Below are positions 12,862-24,273 of a stretch of 64,000 nt of DNA, piece after piece. The position numbers were made by a program, and so were the translations under genes. The notes under the pieces were generated by a model. That model was given only the letters and a program-made list of their open reading frames with translations, was not told the DNA's origin and ran no database searches. Source of the stretch: Antedon mediterranea (Eukaryota > Animalia > Echinodermata); assembly GCF_964355755.1 (NCBI RefSeq), contig NC_092671.1, positions 7,812,001 to 7,876,000 on the forward strand, in the 5' to 3' direction. Numbering within the stretch: position 1 is the first letter of the stretch; the number at the start of each line of letters is the position of its first letter.

Positions 12862-15749
12862 TTACGATTCAAAATAAACTGAAATAAACATGTTTTAATC
12901 GGGCAATGCTCATGGTAACTATAGCCAAAGTTTAGTGATTGCATAAGAAGAAATAACTCTTCATCATGTTCATTTGAAATGTTTTTCTAGTTCCCGTTCA
13001 AAACTTAGCCAGAACAAACTTGGTTGAACAGGAAAAACACACCGATATCATAACAAAGCTAGTACATGGGGATCAAATATGGAAGAAATAACTTCTCCTA
13101 TTCTAAAAATTTCGTTCAAAACATAGGCCTAATATAATTATTTAACTTGCGCACGAAATCAACATTAGAAAGAAATAACTAATAAATCGAGGAATTGCTA
13201 CATGTAGTGACTAAGGTGAATATGAATATACAAAGATAGACATTCTGAGTGCTGTATCTCCACATACTACAATATTTGTCCAGTATCATAGGAATATTTG
13301 TTAATACAGCATCTCATTTGTATTACATGTGATGCCCGTAGTATCAGTATCAGTCAGTTTAGGTTAAAGGTTTGGTGTATGTATATATAATACATGTTGT
13401 ATTATCCAATTTTCATGATTTTGGAGATTCTAGATACATTACAGTTAAACAGTGTGCACAACCCTGTTTATAATTTCATTACCTAATACTGTAATAAAAA
13501 AAATTAGGCCGAAATAATGAGAAAATTATAAGGATAAAGCAATGTTACCCTCATCGTAATGTGTTAAGGAACCACGTACATTATCTTTTATGGTAGGCCT
13601 ACTACTATAAGGATCGTAAAACAATATAATATTGTTATACTTAAAAGTGCTATCACCATTTAACTTTATCTATAGAGTTTGTATTGGAGAAATATTTCAA
13701 AGATATGATATTTAATTTTAATTGTTTTACCATCAATATTTTAGTTAGCAGTCTGGGTAAAGCAAACGCCGACTTTGTACTTGTCCCGGTTAGTATTTTA
13801 TATGTCCATGTATACATCAAGTTCACGGCTCACAGTGTCCAGAAGGGCAGCGTACTTTTCTTCATGACGTTGTACTATGTATAAACCAATCACAAGCGAC
13901 GTTCAGTGGTATCTGATGTGTCGGTACCCTTTGAAGTTCTAAAAACATCGATCATTATTATAGTTTAGGCGCATAAACACATCAGTGTTATATTTTATTA
14001 CATCACGAAAGGGACATTGATTGGTATTGATTGGTTTGGGGTGGTTAACGTTCGTTTTTGTGGGTCATCATGGCGAAAAAAGGAGATTTAATCCGAAAAC
14101 AATGTTATAACCGAACATAAACTAAAACTTGATTAATATAATAACAACAACTAGGTTTTATTGACATTGTGGTTATATTCGTGGATTACCTTAATTTAAT
14201 TAATATAAAAAATAATTAATTTTTGAAAATAATTGTGAGAAGGGTGAATGTAAAGCGGTTGATTTGAAACAAAATGTGTGTTTTTTTTTTATAGAAATAG
14301 AAATATTTCTTATTGTTTTAAAGTTATATAACTACCCATACAGTTATCCTCAAATTCGCTCATTCAAAAACTCTCAATCCTTACTAATTTTTAATCATGT
14401 ACCAGTAAGAAAACTACAAAGACATATTGACGAACCATAACATAGACAAACCTGATATTTATGATTTATGGTCAGTTTAATATTTTTAAAATACCTTCAA
14501 CAAATTTAATATTAGTACTTATAGCCTAACATAAGTATAAACAATTATAACTTTGCTGATTAAACTAGCGATATCAAATGTTATAGAAGTACTTTATCAA
14601 CATATGTTTTTTCAATACTTTTTTCAGTAAGTTTTTCCAACGGTTTCTAAATGTTTCTTTCTTACTGTGCTTATTTTTAAAATAAAATAACTGGCATATT
14701 GTGACTCCGTAATGTAATTGTACTAAACGTTGTTGTTTTTTATGTTTTATTAATTCACTTTTAGTATAAAATCAATTGTTTTGCCCTATCCTGCCGAAAT
14801 TGTATACTCAAATAATTAAGAAACTTATATATTGCCATTTGAAAATTTCTGGAATGGGTTAAATTTAAATAAATTTTTGAAAAACGAAATCATTACTATT
14901 GTTTATTTTGTTGGAAAAATGAAAAACTTTATAGACACTACAACAATGGCATGTAGGCCTATTCAAAGCTTGATTTTAATCATTGTATTCCCTCAAAATG
15001 TGGGTGACAATATAAAGTTTTTTTTTTTTCAAAAATGGTTCTAAATGTAATAAACAATTGTCACGGGTAATAATATAAAATCAGAAGTTTCTTTCTTTAG
15101 GCCAAGAAGTGCTGTATATGTATAAGTTTCTGCTATAATGTTACCGCATTTTTTCTTTATACCGCAAGGTTTTAGTTTTTATCTTAGCCTACTTAAGTAA
15201 TACTTTAGATACTTTAATTTGTTGTGTTTCGTTTATTTTGTTAACTTTGTTAAAGGTGGCTCATGACTCAACAACTTGTTACACTGCTATACAACAATTT
15301 GTGTTTAATTGATTTCTATTATTTATATTCTGTCTTTTCTGTATATTATGGAAAATAAATATTATTACCACTACTGTACTATCTTTTCGGATTTTGGTTT
15401 TTCACTTACTTAATGTGATAAACTCAACTGAACGAAATATCTTACTAAAATAAATACCTTACTATTCAAGTAGGCTTATATACTGAGAAGTAGAGAAAAC
15501 CTTCAAAGAACAATATTAATTTGATAACATTATAAATATAGAGCTATTATTAAATGTTAATAAAACTTGTTTGCCAATTTGTGTTTACAGGACGCCCTCT
15601 AGTAAAATAAAGAATGTGTGGGAATTTCTTCTGCAGTGAGTTACGATCGGGCCTACTTATTTATATAAAATTATATTATCGTGAACGTAGAGATTTATAT
15701 TATTATTGAAGTATAGATTTATATTATTTTCTTTTCCTTTTTTTAACAG

Positions 15750-16015
15750 AGGGAGGTCCGCCGGGATGGATGTTCACATTCGCTACATTTCCACGACGGA
15801 CTAAAAGAAGGCCGTACTCAAAAGTTCAAATCTTTGAATTGGAGAAAGAATTTCAACTGCATCAATACCTAACACGTGATCGACGCGCCAGACTATCACA
15901 ATCGTTAACGCTCACAGAGCGTCAAGTTAAAATATGGTTTCAAAATCGCCGAATGAAACAGAAAAAGTTGAATGAAAAAGAAAAGAAGGAAAAAGTTTCA
16001 TCAGTGACGTCATAA
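15750..16015 (+). CDS. Hox11/13c: Posterior Hox gene 1 (Hox11/13c-like), homeobox exon
   Basis: Encodes [78 protein letters not shown]..., stop TAA. RTKRRPY and NEKEK mark the ambulacrarian Hox11/13b-c clade. HQYL, ARLSQSL and MKQKK match Hox11/13c as I recall it; the homeobox is certain, the paralogue label less so. Confidence 0.9.
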
Positions 16016-18190
16016 TTTGATTATGATTTTAGCGTGATTGAATCAAGTAAAACTTTAATGTAAGAACACTGCGGTACACAAAGTGACAAAAATAATTGAG
16101 GTCTGTATTACATGAGTTAGGTATACTTCGAAAGTAACATGAGAATGTTACCTTGCTTATAATATTGTATGATTAGTTAATAGAGTAATTAATTATTCAT
16201 ATCACATGATGTGCGATCAAACGAAATCAGTAAATTAATTGGTAACGAATTGTTAGACTGGATTCAAGTTGGGATAGATTTCTACCTCACTCGGACCCCA
16301 TTATTAAAAAAAGGTTATGAGTACAAATCATGCTCCTGATAGTTTCAGAAACGATAGTAATAAAGAGGAAATAATCCTGATCACTATTTAGTTATTATTA
16401 ATTAATTATTTTCATAGAAGAGGCTTAATATACAAAACGCACAATAAACTGATTTGTATATCTGGGTTTATTGTAAATAATAGTTCCAAACGACTGCAGT
16501 GTAGTGTACTTTACTATTAGAAACGTGTTGATATCAAAGCTTACGCGCGCGTAGATCTATAAGAATTGCATTCTGCGTAAGGTTTTCATAATCGCTATTA
16601 TGATTGGTACCGTAACGTAATTCCGGGAAAGTTTTGAAATTCAATCTTACATGATAGTAAAACCTAATTTCTTTTCACATTATACATAAGACAAACTAAC
16701 AACAAACTAACGTATTACTGTATTAGGTTTATTTTGTAATATTTACAAGGAAAGATTAAATTTCGTTCTTCCATATTTATAATCATTGACAAATTATAGA
16801 AAAGTAAAAATCAACTTTCTTGGTAAAACCTTCTTTTCGTAGACAAGCCATGGCAAACGCACAAAAGTGATATATGGTATTGTAGGCCTATGGGTGTAGT
16901 TTATAATAACAATCATCAATTGTATAAGACTTGTACATTGTAAAAGCAGGATATAGAATTTAATGCTGTCAGATATAGGACCTTCCTTCAAGCCAGTTAA
17001 TGATAAGCCAACAGACACGAAACACATATCTGGGTTTATAATAATTGACAATTTTTGAAAGATTACCATTATTGTCATTTCATTTTTATCTGTTTTATAT
17101 ATGATATGTCAAACGTGTTTATATTGGAAAATTTAATATTATTTTGTTGTGTATCTCTTTCTAACCGTTTATACAACATTGTTGAAATATCAATGCTATA
17201 AATAAAAAAATACTATAAATATTGAGCACCTTTCCAAAAAAAATGGGAGAAGATATGTTCTAAGAATTATAATGATGATGTGTTGTATTGTACCTCCGTG
17301 TAAAATGTTTTTTCAGATTAACTGATGATAGAGTTTGTGTTTGTGTAGATCTATCGGCCGAACTTAGCCCTAATTTACTTTTGCAAGTTGTAAATTCACA
17401 TTTAATGTATTGTAAATAAACAGTGCTCCAATTGGCGCGTTTTCGTTTATATTTATTGATGGTAAACTTCCATGTGTCATTCGTATAAGCATGTGTGAAT
17501 TATTATGAAATGAGAGTTTTAAATCATTGCCAATTACACTTACAGTGTAACGCATGCCCACAACCTAATCGGCGTTGTGATAACTTCCAAATTATAAAAT
17601 CTGGTTGCAAGCACGCATCATGTTTGTTATTGATTCGTCGTCTTTGGTGACGTCAAACATTGGCTAAAATTGAATGGAAGTAGCCACAATAAAAAAAAGA
17701 GTAGGCCTACAAGGTATAGGAAAATTTATAAAAAAAAGTATGTACTTATAAGTTTTGAAGGTTTTTATTTAAGTAATAGTTTTGTTTAAGTTTTATTTGT
17801 TCCGCTTAAGTTTATTTAACTCAAGGAATAGGAAAACCTTGCTTTTTAAAAAACAATTTATTTAAAAGTTGTTAAATAAAATATGATGATAAAAAATGTA
17901 CGTTTTCCCTACACCTTGAATTAGCATGCACCTAATAACTATTCAAATTATTTAGGTAAATATGTACGGTAATGATAAATTTTGAAAAGTGTTTATTTAT
18001 TAACACTACTCATTTAACTAATTGATAATGGTTACGGTATCGTCCTTTAGAACATATTGTACTTATAAAATAAAAGTATAGCAGGTTGGGTGACTATGCT
18101 TCATCCGCCTATGTTTGCAGTATTCTCTTTGTGTTACAATTTAATATGAATTATCACAAACTAAGGCAAAATATACGTTATATGTCTAAG

Positions 18191-18219
18191 CAGGGAAGAG
18201 TTAATTTAACTCTTCCCTG
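18191..18219. mobile_element. 29-bp palindromic mini-insertion with 7-bp target duplication
   Basis: CAGGGAAGAGTTAA-T-TTAACTCTTCCCTG flanked on both sides by GTCTAAG. Confidence 0.65.
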
Positions 18220-18766
18220 GTCTAAGTGTCTAGTAAAATATATCTCTAATGTTTTCAAAACAATGCTGACAAGATATAGATATTTTAACAGACGGTCTAC
18301 AAATTATGAGTGAAAAAGCGTGGTATTTTATTAAGTTTTAAGAAACTAATTTAAAATGTATAAATATTTGTTGCCAGTAAACAGACCATGCCAGGTGACT
18401 AAACGTCTTTTGTTGTATAATTTACAGGGTCTGCTATAAATAAATGTTGATACCACAAGCGTTTTCAATTTGTATTTGTGTAATTTTATTTGTACCGATG
18501 TACTGTATAGTAGAGTATGTACAACATAAACCTCTTTTGGCATACCACTATTTGAAGGACACTTTGTTGAGTCCCACAGTAAATTTATTCACTGTCTTAT
18601 GGAATAACACCTACAAATTGAGTTTAGTTACCGGGGATATCGTAACCGTATTAAAAGAAGATTGAAAGAATAGTTATACAAACTAAAGGAAGATGCAAGA
18701 AAGTTATGGAAAATGAAGGGGTCAGTGATGAGGAAACAAAACACATACACAATGATAGTATTTAAT

Positions 18767-18789
18767 CAGGGAAGATTTACTCTTCCTTG
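18767..18789. mobile_element. Second mini-insertion of the same family
   Basis: CAGGGAAGATTTACTCTTCCTTG flanked on both sides by ATTTAAT. Confidence 0.55.
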
Positions 18790-21700
18790 ATTTAATGAAG
18801 CTTCTTATGTACCGTATTCCTATTAACCTTGTCCTGTAGATTGGTTTGTGACACAGTAGGATAAATGTTAATCAAAAATTACCATAAAGTGACCAGAAGT
18901 GATATAACATAGTGAAGTTACTAAGTGTAAACGCATTTAAATTTGGGCTTCAAGGACTGAGCAAAAGTATTATTGTATCTTAGTTATTCCATCTAGTCTA
19001 ATTGGTTAGAAGTGGATTAAACGTCAGATTCCCCAATAGATAAATAAGTCCTCTACACAATTAACTCGCCGATCCATATACGCTGTTTAAGTCATATTGT
19101 TTTATATAACGCATATTTAAAACTTAATTGGGTAGAAGGACCATCATTAATTCATAAATTAATTTTATTTAGTTGCTTAGCAGTTTGTCCTCTTACAGTC
19201 GTTGCAAACTTTAACGTACCTTGGTGGCGCTATTTCAATTGCGATAAAGACGATAACATTGCACTGTCATTGCAAACTGGAATCGTAGTACAGAATCGCT
19301 AAACATTAAGCTGAGTTGAAGGACAGCCCACGGAAACGTAAAAGTTTAGGCTACCGTTCTAGACTTATAGTGTCAAAATTCATGATACTTATTTAACTCA
19401 CAATTATTATTTTTTCCATCAAATGCCTAGCGTCAAATTAGTATAATAGACATAAAATTATGACTACTGTATTGCGCGAGAGTAATGGGTAAATAAAATC
19501 AATTAAATTAAGTGGTAAATTCGCTAAGTTACAGACTCATTCATCCGTAAATGTGTCATCAAAACTATCTTTCTGGGTCGTGGATGGGTTACTGTTGTAA
19601 ATGGTTTATCAGGTGGTCCAGTTGAGGGGGCGATGGGTGTGCGTACACGTAGGTAGTGCCTGCACCGTTTCCAACGCACTTTCATTTCTAAATACATAAT
19701 TAAGTAAAATGATTCATGATTAAAAACAAATATTTGTCGAGTGAAATTCTCCGTAGCTGATTTCAACGAAAGGTATTTCTATCTTTCGCTTTGGTTAAAA
19801 TAAGAATAAATTACTAATCCTTTAATAAACCATAACAAAAAGCAATAACTAAAATAATTTAAATATAATGATCTAAAAAAATACAACTTGTTTTATTTAT
19901 TATAATCCTATATTTTCTTTTTATTCAAACACATGTATACATCAACAGTAGAATGTAGTGTAATGATTATATCAATTCCGCCCTCTAGGACTAAACTTTT
20001 TATTTGTTGTCATAATAATAGTAGTTTATATCTCTATGTCGTCATAACAAACTAAACTTTATGCATCGAGAAAAAGAAATGATTATGATGTTCTTCTAAG
20101 TATAATTAATTGTATAAATTCATTTTAAATGAAACTTTCGTTTATATATAAACGTATTTTTAAAACTAAAATGTAAATTACAACGAAATTATAATGTATT
20201 TAAATTTATATTTCAATGTAATTCTCAAACAAAGTTTAAGGGCACGAGGCCTGGTGAAAAGGTCATATCTTTATTACAATTATCACCATTTCATCGCATA
20301 ATGAGTCAATTTCAGTTGTGAACCTTAATTTTTTGTGGCTTTTACATTGTGTAATACCGCCCCCATCGTTAGCTCTATGATTTTTGCTTACATACATAAA
20401 TATTAACCTATTAAGTATAGTATTAATAAGAAACCAAATTACCCTACTGTCTGTACTTATTATACTTTAATAATGGCATTAACTGACGACGGCTAAGACG
20501 ATGTTAAAAAAACAATCGTTCCATGCGATCAATCATTAACCAATTGTGTTATACAATGTCAAGTCCATTAATTTCATATTAGTATAAAATGTATGCCTGG
20601 AAGAAACCATTAACTAGTAAGTATCTGCTGACGAACACAAGACCGAGTACATCTTCAAGATTCATTAGTAATAAATTATCTGCTAGTTCTCATCAATTAA
20701 AGGCAATTAATCAAGGAAAATGGTCGTAATATTTTGATTAAATCGACGAACGTTTGTGTAACTAAATTAGGTTTAGAGACCATTGTATTAAAATTGTAAT
20801 AATAACTGTAGAAATACTTTAGATATTCGATTGTAATTATTTGTGTATATAAATGGATGTTATATTTCATTGAGCCGCTAAGTAGTTGCTAACTAACTAA
20901 CTAACTGACCGACCGGAGAGACTGTTTCTATCTACATGTTACTGGATTTCTCAGTGGGCACAGTTGAATAACTTTGGTGGGTAGGAACCAACTTACACGG
21001 GGTAAATAACTAAGCATGGACGTTTTTATGATTTACTCTCATGGAAGGCCTAACAGTATAACACGATAAATGTCTCCCTCTATTATGCCGTACTTTTTGG
21101 TCATAATTATTATAAATAAATTGTTCTCGGGTATCGAACCAGTAATTTCACTAATAGGCGTTTCCAATGCTTTTATGATATTCCCTTAAATGTCGAGCTT
21201 AGCAAGAGCTAGAAAAGCTGTACCGACAAAAATGTATACGGTACTTGCCAATTCATGACTACCAAGTATTATACGGTAGGCCTATGAAACTTTTGTAGGG
21301 TCGTGACATGAAATTCTGTCCTTTATTTATTATTTATTTCACTCCAAACCAACAGCGGAACATTGCCACTAACATGCTGGCTAAAAACTACTTTAGATAA
21401 AAATATAATTGATTGTACAGACAGAAAAACAAGATGACATCGAAAATACAAAAAAATGATATTACAGGTTAACTAAGTGATGTAAAATAATGGAACGTAA
21501 AGAAGCGATGCCATGGTAAAAAAATATCGATATTGGTGTTATTACTCAACAACAATTTTGCTGGTTTTTCTCCGGATTTGTAGACTTATATATCTAATTA
21601 ATTTTGAATTTGAACGTTTTAAAATATATTAGCCTATACAGAATAAACAATTCTATAAGGTTAATTGGATTTTAATACCATTCATTATAAGCAACTCGAT

Positions 21701-22317
21701 GAGTTATTATATCTATATTCCGTTCACCACCTGTTAGGTCTTTAATTAATTTATAATCTTATACACATTATTTTCTCTTATACAATAACAAGATTATGTC
21801 TACTGATATGCCAATTGAACAAAAAGACAAAGACTGTAATCCATTCTGCAAAATCATAAACAGAAATTGTACATCATCCTATTTCTGCTCAATTACAATT
21901 CATACTGAAAAATTCACGTCGATAGGAATTGCATTGACCGTTCTGGGAACTGCGCAAACATGTTTCAGATACAAATCGTCATAAACAAACGATTTTTAAA
22001 ATACAAAAATGTGGACTTATAAAGTGTATTGGTCTGGTTCTGATGAGACGTACAAATCTACAGAAAAAAAAAATTGGAATTAATATTCCCCTATGGACAA
22101 AGTTAAGAAAATGTCAACGCCTCAAACCTAATAAAAAGAAGGGTCATGTTGTCTAATGACACCAAAACCACTGGAGATCTGACGACGATTTTAAAATTAT
22201 ACACATCGTACACATACTAAATTGTGAAATATTGCTCTATAGAGTCGATGTCTTCGATGTCCTGGGAGTTTAGGGTGCAAATATATGAGTTTACTGACTG
22301 TTAACGGGATGAATCTA

Positions 22318-22440
22318 AAACTTACTATTCGGACGCAACGCAATTGCGTAAGTGCAACGTAAGTGATTCAACCAATCACCAGTGGCGGATTATTCAAACT
22401 GTTAGGTTGGGTCTACTGCGTCTAGAGTTAACACGCTTAA
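22318..22440. mobile_element. Degenerate MITE-like element
   Basis: GACGCAACGCAA...TGCGTCTAG inverted ends with internal ACCAATCAC; a similar ACCAATCACAAGCGAC occurs near 13885. Confidence 0.35.
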
Positions 22441-24243
22441 CCCTCAAATCCCACCTACATAATGTAACGAATCAATAACATAAAACAAATTATTTCCGAA
22501 CAGAATTATAACTAGGACCTTTAGTATCGGTTTTTAAGATGTTATCCGACGTCGGTATTGGAACTAATAATCGATATGATAACAAGTTATTTTGACGTCG
22601 AATTTCTGCAGACCTGCACATTTTAAAACGGTTGGGACTCATTTTTCTCTTTTATTTGTTTTACCACTTAAACTAGCATGTATAAAAAGGTGACGATTAG
22701 TTATAATTAAAACCAGTCTGAGGTACAAACACTTAACGTGTCTGTTGGTCAAATTATGAGGCCCTCGATTCTAATGGTCACTCATTAAAGTCATTGGGAT
22801 GACCATTTTGTGGTCACTTCCAAAAAACTTAGGCGCCTATTTCAAATTATTGCTGTCGCCTTTACTCGAATTCTTTCTATTGTTATGGGGTCAGAATATT
22901 TAGTGATTGTGAACTGGATTTAGGAGATGTTTGTGTAAACAATCCACGGGCTCTAACTAGACCCATAACATTGGCATATATACAGTACATTAAATACTAT
23001 ATTATTTGTATTAGTTTTAAATTTGTTTATTTACTGGAATGTAGGAGATTTAAGCGAACAAATCTACAGGCTCAAGATGGGTACAGAAAATTGAAATTAA
23101 CCCATAAAATTGGAATATATTAAACATAAATTATATAATTATTATTTACATTAATTCCAAATGTAAAATGTTTAAGGTATTTGTGCATTAAAAAAGTAAT
23201 TACACTTATGAATCATTAACCTAACCAACAGTTGGTAATACAATACAGGTTATAATAATAATACGGATACTCGACGGGACTTTCCATCAATACAAAAGAA
23301 ACAGACAATTATTTTGTATTTTCTACTATACAAATAAATTATCAAAATTATATCATAGGTCAATAAACTGACAGAAAGGTAAAATCATATGTATTCTTTT
23401 GAAATGTAAATTCACCACACATGTTGGTTGAAATATTTGACATCAATAGTAATTTTAGTATAAATCAATTTTTGTTTTTTAAATATCATTATTAATAATG
23501 TCAACATTTGTAAATTTGTTCAAATATATATTTTTTTAAATTTTCAATTCAACTAAATAGCAGTTCATATCAAAACCATATTGAAAAACAATATAATATT
23601 TTGTGTAGATAGAACAATTATTGTAATATTTTCTTTTTACTCGCCGATGGGGTTCAACTCGCTTATAACCCATTGGCGACGCTGGTTATACAACAAAGGA
23701 CAAGAAACCAGACACTATTTAGAAACATGGGTTGGTATACAATATCCTACAACAATAACCCAACTTCAAGGGTGACTTTCTGTTGATCCAAAACAGATAA
23801 CAAAATAATATTATTGAATCAGAAATATTGTGTAAAAGAATATTAAGAAAGAAATAGACGCCGTATTGTAGAAAAAGTTGTTTTCCTCGGAAGCCAGAAA
23901 GAATAAGACAACTGCTTGGGTTCAAAGTGCTGAATCTGCAGCCAAACACCCGCAACATTTCACACATATTTTCAGCTCTACAGTTTTACTATCATTTTGT
24001 AAAATATAATATACAATAGAATTATACAATAATGGAGAAAACGATTAGTAATGATGAAGATGATGTTTTTACAAATTTAGAATGTTATATAACTATAGGT
24101 TACAATTGTGAGAATAAAGAAGAGAAGGAAGAAGAAAGAAATTATGGCGAGTCTATCAATAGGAAAAGAGAGACTATACTCATAAAATAAACAAACGATT
24201 AAAAAAAACGTCTAAAAACTTATGGAGATCGTGCTAGTTTGAG

Positions 24244-24273
24244 CAGGGAAAGAGTAAATGTCACTCTTCACTG
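24244..24273. mobile_element. Third, degenerate mini-insertion of the same family
   Basis: CAGGGAAAGAGTAAATGTCACTCTTCACTG; no clear target duplication. Confidence 0.4.

Larger units (their letters stand above)
4839..15749 (+). other. Intron of gene 1 (10,911 bp, GT-AG, phase 1)
   Basis: GTAAAC donor; pyrimidine-rich acceptor TTTTCTTTTCCTTTTTTTAACAG. Joining gives an open frame ...[14 protein letters not shown]... Confidence 0.8.

Noticed and set aside
12675-12944. Poly-Tyr ORF
   Set aside because: Produced by the (TAA)n microsatellite.
16443-17206. AATAAA signals after gene 1 (16443, 17201) and many after gene 2
   Set aside because: Too frequent in AT-rich DNA to pick the real site without 3'-end data.
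18830-18862. CCTGTAGATTGGTTTGTG, resembling miR-10
   Set aside because: Seed (ACCCTGT) and middle differ, no proper hairpin, and miR-10 sits near Hox4/5.
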